From Candidatus Auribacterota bacterium (GTDB taxonomy: Bacteria; Auribacterota; UBA6266): DNA of 5,045 nucleotides. How positions within the stretch are numbered: the first letter of the stretch is position 1; the number at the start of each line of letters is the position of its first letter. Positions 1 through 5,045 of this stretch are shown in pieces. The stretch spans positions 1 to 5,045 of the forward strand of contig JAGLRQ010000100.1 of NCBI GenBank assembly GCA_023136205.1. The letters are read 5' to 3'. Under the pieces are notes generated by a model. That model did not search any database. It had not been told where the DNA came from and saw nothing but the letters and a program-made list of their open reading frames with translations. The position numbers and the translations under genes were made by a program.

Positions 1-366
1 GTTCGCATCCTGGATATTATACAATTTGGACAGGGCCAAAGTCGATTTTCCAAGGATATAACTCATGTACCATATGGTATAAGCGTCAAAGTGTGTAAGC
101 TTTTTATTTTTAAGGAAATTTTTAAAGTCAATTTCGGCAAATATATCGGGATAATCTCCGGTAATAGTATTTACATCGCCAACCATGGAAAGAAGGGTAT
201 CCTGCGGTACTCCGAACATAGATTCAAGGGCTACCCATGGCACGCCGTTGTTAGAAAGGCTTGCTATTTCCAGAGCATCCAGGAAGCCTACCTTCTCCGC
301 AGCCTGGAGATATTTCTCTGACCACCAGGTAACAATTTCTTCCCCTAACATTAAATCCGTGAACAT
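1..366 (-). repeat. Protein-level tandem module C (first 122 aa only; continues beyond the window)
   Basis: MFTDLMLGEEIVTWWSEKY...GFLDAL...VPWVALESMFGVPQDT...GDYPDIF...HFDAYTIWY...LYNIQ aligns position for position with the starts of modules A and B. Confidence 0.8.
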
Positions 367-3300
367 TTGAGGAGGCAAATTGTAACAAAATTCATCCGAT
401 TGATGGGCTTCCACAGGCATGCCCATATCAGTAAGCACGGCTCCAAAACTCGTGCCTGTCAAAGAAGGATCCTGAAAATACAAACTGTTCCTGAAATTAA
501 CAACCGCGTTTACATTATAAGCGCCAGGATTAAGCCCTTCTTTTAAAACGCTTACGTCAAAATAATAAAACTTGCTGTCCGCAGTCTTTATAACCATCAA
601 ATATTCATAGCAGTATTCACCCGCAACGCCGAAAACACCGAAAATCTCAGATACAGCACCTATATCTATGTTCCCTTCAAGACAGATATTATAAAGCAGG
701 CCCTGGGCATATAACGCGTTTTCTATATTAAGGCGGGCGTAATTCTTGATTTCCCGGGTTTCATCGGGAAAGCCTTCTATCCAGTCTATGGGATTCTCCG
801 ATTCTATTATCGCTTTAGCTTCAGCGACCGCGTCAGCATCTACACCGGTAAGGGTATCAAACAAACCTAAAATCTGTTTAACCCTCATCCCGTCTAATCT
901 CATGGCATCATAAAAACCAAGAAGAATGGCATAATTATTTAACGGTAAAAGCTGACCTTTTAAGTGACTAAATAAATTTGCAAGGGTTTCAATATCATAA
1001 ACCGCATAGTCAAAATCAAAATATTTAGCTGTATACACACCTGAATTATCTTCTTCAAAAATAACGTTTGCAGATTTTAAATCCTTAGGAATTATATTTT
1101 GGCCGGCTCCTTTCCATATCATGTAAAGAGAGGCGCTTTCTTCGCGAACAATTAAATTCAGAATATTTATTCTTTCCGGCTCTCCCAGTTTTTGCACCAT
1201 AAAATCTAAAAAATCCAGAGAACTATAGCCGTCTAAAAATCCACGCGTAAAAACTTCTTTGACAACTTCATCATAGGGATCCTCAATACTTATCACCATT
1301 CCCGATGGAGGAATGGGAATCTTTGCCTCTGAAATTTTATCTTTCCAATAGTTGTTAACAGGGATAAAAAATGTATTAAACTGTTCTTCTACCGACAAAG
1401 GCTGTGTATCATTATGCACATACCCAAAAACAAATGGTAATTCAGATTCAAAATATATTTTATACGATGTCTTATGATTGCCGCTGTTTAAGTACTCTAC
1501 TACCATATTAGAAACATCGGGCAGTTCCGCTTCCCCTATCCAGGCCAGAAGCATGCCATTGTCAATTAACGCTTTTTTAACCAACTGCATGCCGGTTGAA
1601 TAAAGGTTCCACTCTATATGTATCACTTTTCCGTTATAAACATAATCTTCCGCGGGAGGCCCATCACCCGTGGAAGAAAAACTTGCCTCAGTATATCCTC
1701 TATCCACCCAAGGCCCCGCGGAATCGGTATAAAAAGCAACCAGTTCTTCAAAACTATACCCCTTAGCTATCCTGGAAATATCCGCCAACTTAGCTTTATA
1801 CATTCCCGAACTAACTTCAATAAAACCTACAGCGGCGGGATCCGTCACAACCCAGCCTATACCGTTTTCACCCATTGTAGCGGCATAAACACTTTTTAGA
1901 AGGTTTAGCTCTATCTGGGTTATTTCAGTTTCAGTATATTCTCTTTCTATAAGCGTGGCTCTCGATGTATACCACCCTTCATTTGTGGCGTAACCCGCGC
2001 GGCCCGTGTAAGAATCCTGCCCCGTACCGTAGAGTTCAGGATAAATACTTTGATCTTTAAGAGTAACCAAGTCATTATAGGTACTAATAATATCCGGGGC
2101 ACCTTCCTTCTGTAAGGACAGCCAGAATCTTCGTACCCCTTCAACACTGTTCGTGACAATTATTTCGTAAACCGCTGTTCCATCGGTTCCATAACCGTAT
2201 TCTTCTGTTTTTATTGCTGCTATTTCATCCCGCGTAAAACCGGTGGCTCTTTCCAGCATTGACTTACCGTCTTCCCCTATCTCGGATAAAACACCTAAGG
2301 CCTCGTCTATGTCATAGGGGGAGATTTCAGGTAACTCGTTACCCTTTATAGAATCCTTATTTATCACAATATCCGCGTAAAAACCGTTATAGCGAAGAGG
2401 CCAAAGCCTTTCGCTGTAAACTTTTCCCTTAATCCTGACATGAGCACTAGCTTCTTCAATTATTTTTGCCCATACAGGGTCATTTGTTTTAAGGGTTTGA
2501 AGCAATACAGCGTTTTTAGATCCCAATAAACCATTCAAATCTACTAATCTAACTACCCGTATGTTATTTCCCATCGCAAAAGGTATATGGACAGTGTCTA
2601 TTATATTCTTAAAATATAAATCGTAATTTGCAAAATTATCTTGGTCGATAAGGCTGACAGCATCAAAATAAGCTCTCCATTCTTCCCTAAGACGTTGTTC
2701 TATCTGGTCAACAGGCACGTAAAAAGCGGTAACCTTATCAACAATGGCAGCAACCGTCGCGATCTTGATATTATATAATTCGGCAATGTCAATGTTTGCT
2801 ATGCCGAGATTATAACTCATAAACCATATGGTATAAGCTTCAAAGGGAAAAAGTTTCCCGGTATCAAGCTGTCTAAGGTATTGTTTAAAATCAGCGTCAA
2901 ATATATCGGGATAAGAACCGGTAATATCGTTTACATCCGCGGCTATGTTAAAAACAGTATTTTCCGGTATGCCAAATAAATATTCAAGCGTAGCCCAAGG
3001 TACGCCGCCCACACCGTTTATATCAGAAAAATCCGTAATGGCAAGAGCATCAAAGAAACCAAGGCCGGCGGCCGCGGCATCAGGATATTTCCCATAAAAC
3101 CAGTTTGTCACATCCTCGTCTATTAAAGGGCTAATTAAGGAAAAAGGCGGCAGGTTATAGCCAAAGCTATGGTGCTGTGTGGCTATAACCGGTTTATTCG
3201 TATCGGTTACAGCAAATCCCAATACCGCGGCTATCAAAGAAGGATTTTCAGCATGGAGAACACCGCGTAAATTAATTATTGAATTTGTATCATAGGTTGC

Positions 3301-5045
3301 CGGATCTATACCTTCTTTTAAAACATCTATATTAACATAATAGAATTTTCCATCAGTCGTTTTTACTGCCAAAAAATATTGATAGGTATATTCGCCGACC
3401 ATACCAAAAAACCCATACATTTCGAGGATGCTGTCCATATCAATATTCCCTTCAAGGCAGACATTGTAGAGCAATCCCTGATCATAAAAAGCGTTTTCTA
3501 TATTAGGGCGGGAATATAACTTTATTTCAACAGTCTCACCAGACAGGCCTTCCACCCAGGTAATAGCCGTTGGAGAGTCAAAAACAACAATAAAATCTTC
3601 TGTTACAAAACCTCTCTCACCCCAGGAACCGCTTGCATCGGAATAATATTCCACCATAGCGTTTTCCTCAAAACCCTTTGCTATCTTGCTTCCGTCAACT
3701 AAATAGGCATTGTATATTCCGGGGGCTTCCTGGAGAAAGCCTACGGCAGAGGGGTCGGTTATTACCCAGCCTATACCGCTTTCGCCCATAGTTAAAACGT
3801 AGACACTTTGTAATAAATTCAGTTCTAACCGGTTTATATCCGCGTCGGTAAAGCCTTCACCCAAAAGGTCGGCTCTGGCTGAATAAAGTATTCTCTCCGT
3901 AGCAAAACCTGTCCTGTCCGTGTAACTATCCACTGCCGTACCGTAAAAATTATCATAAGCGCACATATTTCCGAGATATCCGAGATTATCATAGGCAGTA
4001 TTTATAACAGGAGCTCCTTCTTTCTGGAGGTGAAGAAAAAATCTTCTTACATCTAATTTACTTTTCTTAACGAATATCTCATAGACAGCTATCTCACTGG
4101 AACCATAGCCGTAGGAGGCCCTTTCTTCGGTTATTATTTCTTTTATTTCATCCCTGCTAAAGCCGGAAGCTCTTTCCAGCATTGACTTGCCGTCTTCCCC
4201 TATTTCAGATAAGACGCCTAAGGCCTCATCTATGTCATAGGCGGAAATTTTGACCATTGCCGAGCCATCCAGATTTACTTTTATGCCTTCATAAAAACCA
4301 TTATAGCGAAGCGGCCAAATCCTCCTATGGTAGGCCTGATTTTTCATAACAACATCCTTTACGGATTGCTCAAATCTTTTTCCCCACTCAGGGTCAGAAT
4401 TCTTTAAACTTGCGATATACTCAATCGCCACACCTATGCCTAAAAAACTATTCAACTCCGCTATTTTGACCAACCGGATTTTGTTTGAGTTAACAAAAGG
4501 TATATGAACCTCATCTATAATATATTTGTAATATAAATCATAATTTTCAAAACCTAATTCATCTACAGCTTTGACTTCCTCAAAATACTGCCTCCATTCT
4601 ACGCGAAGGCGCTGTTCTATCTGGTCAACGGGAACATAAAGGGCGGTTACTCTCTCGGTTATGGCTATAAGGGTTGAAACCTGAATATTATATAATTGGG
4701 CCAGGCTGGTATTCGAATGTCCCAGGTTATAGTTTTCAAACCAAATGGTATAGGCGTCAAAAGGAGTAATTTTATTGATTTTTAACATCTTTTTAAATGC
4801 CGCATCAATAAATATATCAGGGTAGGATGCGGTTACGACAGTTACGTCCAATATCATATTAAACACGGTATCTTCGGCTAAACCGTTAAAGAGAAAAGCA
4901 ATAGCAGCGGCAGGAACGCCCGCGTCAAAAAAATCCGCGGCTGCCATGGCATCAAAGAAGCCAAGGCCAACGGACGCGGCATCAGGGTATTTCGCGTTAA
5001 ACCAGTCTGTTACTTCCTGATCTATTAGAGGGTCAATTAATGAAA
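1..5045 (-). CDS. Internal fragment (5' and 3' ends both outside the window) of a very large modular repeat protein of unknown function; 1,681 uninterrupted sense codons
   Basis: Hand translation of the reverse complement, codons 5043-5041 down to 3-1, runs from SLIDPLIDQEVTDWFNAKYPD... to ...LSKLYNIQDAN without any TAA/TAG/TGA. Equivalently, my line-by-line translation, plus direct + strand triplet checks on about 18 lines, found no tta/cta/tca in phase 1. At roughly one stop per 20 random triplets in ~40% GC DNA, about 80 stops would be expected by chance. The other frames are broken: the longest ORF in the supplied track is 93 aa. Paralogous segments inside the frame differ mainly at third codon positions, as expected for real coding sequence. 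Confidence 0.93.
664..705 (-). other. Conserved island 4, module B copy: QGLLYNICLEGNID
   Basis: Partner of 3439-3480. Confidence 0.8.
796..1680 (-). other. Module-B-specific inserted segment (about 295 aa) with no counterpart in module A
   Basis: The flanks align. B ...GPWVDRGYTEAS (ends at 1681) matches A ...GSWGERGFVT (ends at 3601). B NPIDWIEGFPDETREIKNYARLNIENALYAQGLLYNICLEGNID (starts at 795) matches A AITWVEGLSGETVEIKLYSRPNIENAFYDQGLLYNVCLEGNID. Between the flanks A has 11 aa (EDFIVVFDSPT) and B has about 295 aa. Boundaries are uncertain by about 10 codons. Confidence 0.75.
1822..1863 (-). other. Conserved island 3, module B copy: GIGWVVTDPAAVGF
   Basis: Partner of 3736-3777. Confidence 0.8.
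2221..2316 (-). other. Conserved island 1, module B copy: YDIDEALGVLSEIGEDGKSMLERATGFTRDEI
   Basis: Partner of 4144-4239; see that entry. Confidence 0.85.
2665..2721 (-). other. Conserved island 2, module B copy: YVPVDQIEQRLREEWRAYF
   Basis: Partner of 4582-4638; see that entry. Confidence 0.85.
3439..3480 (-). other. Conserved island 4, module A copy: QGLLYNVCLEGNID (contains the only Cys shared by both modules)
   Basis: Aligns with QGLLYNICLEGNID at 664-705. Confidence 0.8.
3736..3777 (-). other. Conserved island 3, module A copy: GIGWVITDPSAVGF
   Basis: Aligns with GIGWVVTDPAAVGF at 1822-1863. The conservation extends upstream: ELNLLQSVYVLTMGES in A versus ELNLLKSVYAATMGEN in B. Confidence 0.8.
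4144..4239 (-). other. Conserved island 1, module A copy: YDIDEALGVLSEIGEDGKSMLERASGFSRDEI
   Basis: 30 of 32 residues are identical to the module B copy at 2221-2316. Of the 12 nucleotide differences, 9 are single synonymous changes, one per codon. The two replacements are both Ser to Thr. Confidence 0.85.
4582..4638 (-). other. Conserved island 2, module A copy: YVPVDQIEQRLRVEWRQYF
   Basis: 17 of 19 residues are identical to the module B copy at 2665-2721. Seven codons differ only synonymously, including CGC versus AGG for Arg. Confidence 0.85.

Larger units (their letters stand above)
367..3141 (-). repeat. Protein-level tandem module B (925 aa, long form carrying an internal insertion)
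   Basis: YNLPP at 3159-3145 aligns with YNLPP at 384-370, an offset of 2,775 nt. It is colinear with module A over its whole length except for the extra segment at about 796-1680. Confidence 0.85.
3142..5043 (-). repeat. Protein-level tandem module A (634 aa, short form)
   Basis: SLIDPLID at 5043-5020 aligns with SLISPLID at 3141-3118, an offset of 1,902 nt. Module B then shows the same motifs in the same order: [ST]YPDIF, F[DE]AYTIW, LYNI[QK], YVPVDQIEQRLR, PLRYNGFY, YDIDEALGVLSEIGEDGKSMLERA, GIGWV.TDP.AVGF, QGLLYN.CLEGNID, YNLPP. The phase of the unit boundary is arbitrary. Confidence 0.85.

Noticed and set aside
91-370. Plus-strand ORFs 91-321 (76 aa) and 185-370 (61 aa) from the supplied track
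   Set aside because: They lie antisense to the continuous 1,681-codon minus-strand frame and overlap each other in different frames. Their products are low-plausibility peptides with no repeat counterparts, even though the underlying DNA is paralogous to 2850-3130 and 4770-5040. They are shadow ORFs of the real gene.
1618-1899. Plus-strand ORF 1618-1899 (93 aa) from the supplied track
   Set aside because: It is antisense to the long frame. The paralogous DNA in module A (around 3600-3800) has no equivalent open plus-strand frame in the track, so it is not conserved as coding. It is a shadow ORF.
1947-2159. Minus-strand ORF 1947-2159 (70 aa) from the supplied track
   Set aside because: It is on the correct strand but out of phase with the stop-free frame. 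Its codon starts fall at positions 2 mod 3 (for example 2159), whereas the long frame starts codons at 0 mod 3. It is embedded entirely in the long ORF and has no paralogous copy in the track.
3063-3078. GC-rich palindromic run ggccggcggccgcggc, including a NotI-type site gcggccgc at 3068-3075
   Set aside because: It simply encodes the Ala/Gly run (AAAAG) of the conserved YPDAAAAGLGFFDA segment in frame. The paralogous positions in module A (about 4965-4985) encode AASVG with different nucleotides. Nothing suggests a regulatory or structural DNA role.
4183-4200. GEDGKS (also at 2260-2277) as a Walker A / P-loop NTP-binding motif
   Set aside because: Walker A is G/A-x4-G-K-[ST]. Here the residue five positions before the GK is Glu (E-I-G-E-D-G-K-S). 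I also see no Walker B-like hydrophobic strand ending in Asp/Glu at a suitable distance. The resemblance is superficial only.
1-5045. Alternative genetic code or stop-codon reassignment as the reason for the empty ORF track
   Set aside because: This was my first hypothesis, because clearly coding-like repeated DNA had no listed ORF. The correct frame contains no TAA, TAG or TGA at all, and Trp is encoded by TGG. No recoding is needed; the ORF is simply open at both window edges. The window carries no information either way about which stops the organism uses.
1-5045. Three tandem paralogous genes rather than one gene
   Set aside because: No stop codon separates the units, at 3141/3142, at 366/367 or anywhere else. 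The frame is identical across the junctions. The in-frame ATGs near the junctions (for example 2820-2818 and 366-364) lack an upstream stop or a convincing Shine-Dalgarno sequence and align with non-Met residues in the other modules.
1-5045. Repeats as an assembly artefact, a recent duplication, IS or transposon copies, or a CRISPR-like array
   Set aside because: The copies are strongly diverged at nucleotide level. The longest exact shared run I found is about 20 nt (4169-4188 versus 2246-2265), which argues against collapsed or duplicated reads and against recent duplication. There are no terminal inverted repeats, no transposase-like sequence and no short direct repeats with unique spacers. 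The periodicity is 1.9-2.8 kb and entirely in-frame coding.
1-5045. RHS/YD-repeat or other known short-repeat toxin or adhesin architecture, suggested by the many Tyr-Asp dipeptides
   Set aside because: I see no recurring YD-repeat consensus of about 20 aa (G-x-x-x-R-Y-x-Y-D type), no RTX nonapeptides and no periodicity of about 100 aa. The only periodicity I can see is the module of 634-925 aa.
1-5045. Strong local GC swings (hand counts from about 18% at 4501-4560 to about 60% at 1981-2040, 3721-3780 and 4921-4980) as a sign of mosaic origin
   Set aside because: The GC-rich lines encode Gly/Ala/Pro/Arg-rich conserved motifs, and the AT-rich lines encode Asn/Lys/Ile/Tyr/Phe-rich stretches. 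Amino-acid composition within one gene explains the swings. Only the insertion at 796-1680 is kept as a weak compositional observation.

Overview
The whole 5,045-nt window is the interior of one coding region on the minus strand. I translated the reverse complement by hand in the phase whose codons occupy + positions 3k+1..3k+3 (first complete codon 5043-5041, last 3-1). This gives 1,681 consecutive sense codons with no stop. Neither the start nor the stop codon lies in the window, which is presumably why the supplied ORF track omits it and lists only four short out-of-frame or antisense shadows. The polypeptide consists of very long, diverged, colinear tandem modules. Module A is 5043-3142 (634 aa). 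Module B is 3141-367 (925 aa): the same layout as A plus an insertion of about 295 aa at 1680-796. Module C is 366-1, the first 122 aa only. By eye the modules are roughly half identical at protein level, with short islands of near-perfect conservation whose nucleotide differences are mostly synonymous. I recognise no known domain family, catalytic signature or obvious transmembrane segment. I also see no RNA gene, mobile element, CRISPR array or intergenic regulatory DNA. Best description: an internal fragment of a giant modular repeat protein of unknown function, in DNA of about 40% GC (hand estimate). All alignments and counts were done by eye and need recomputing.
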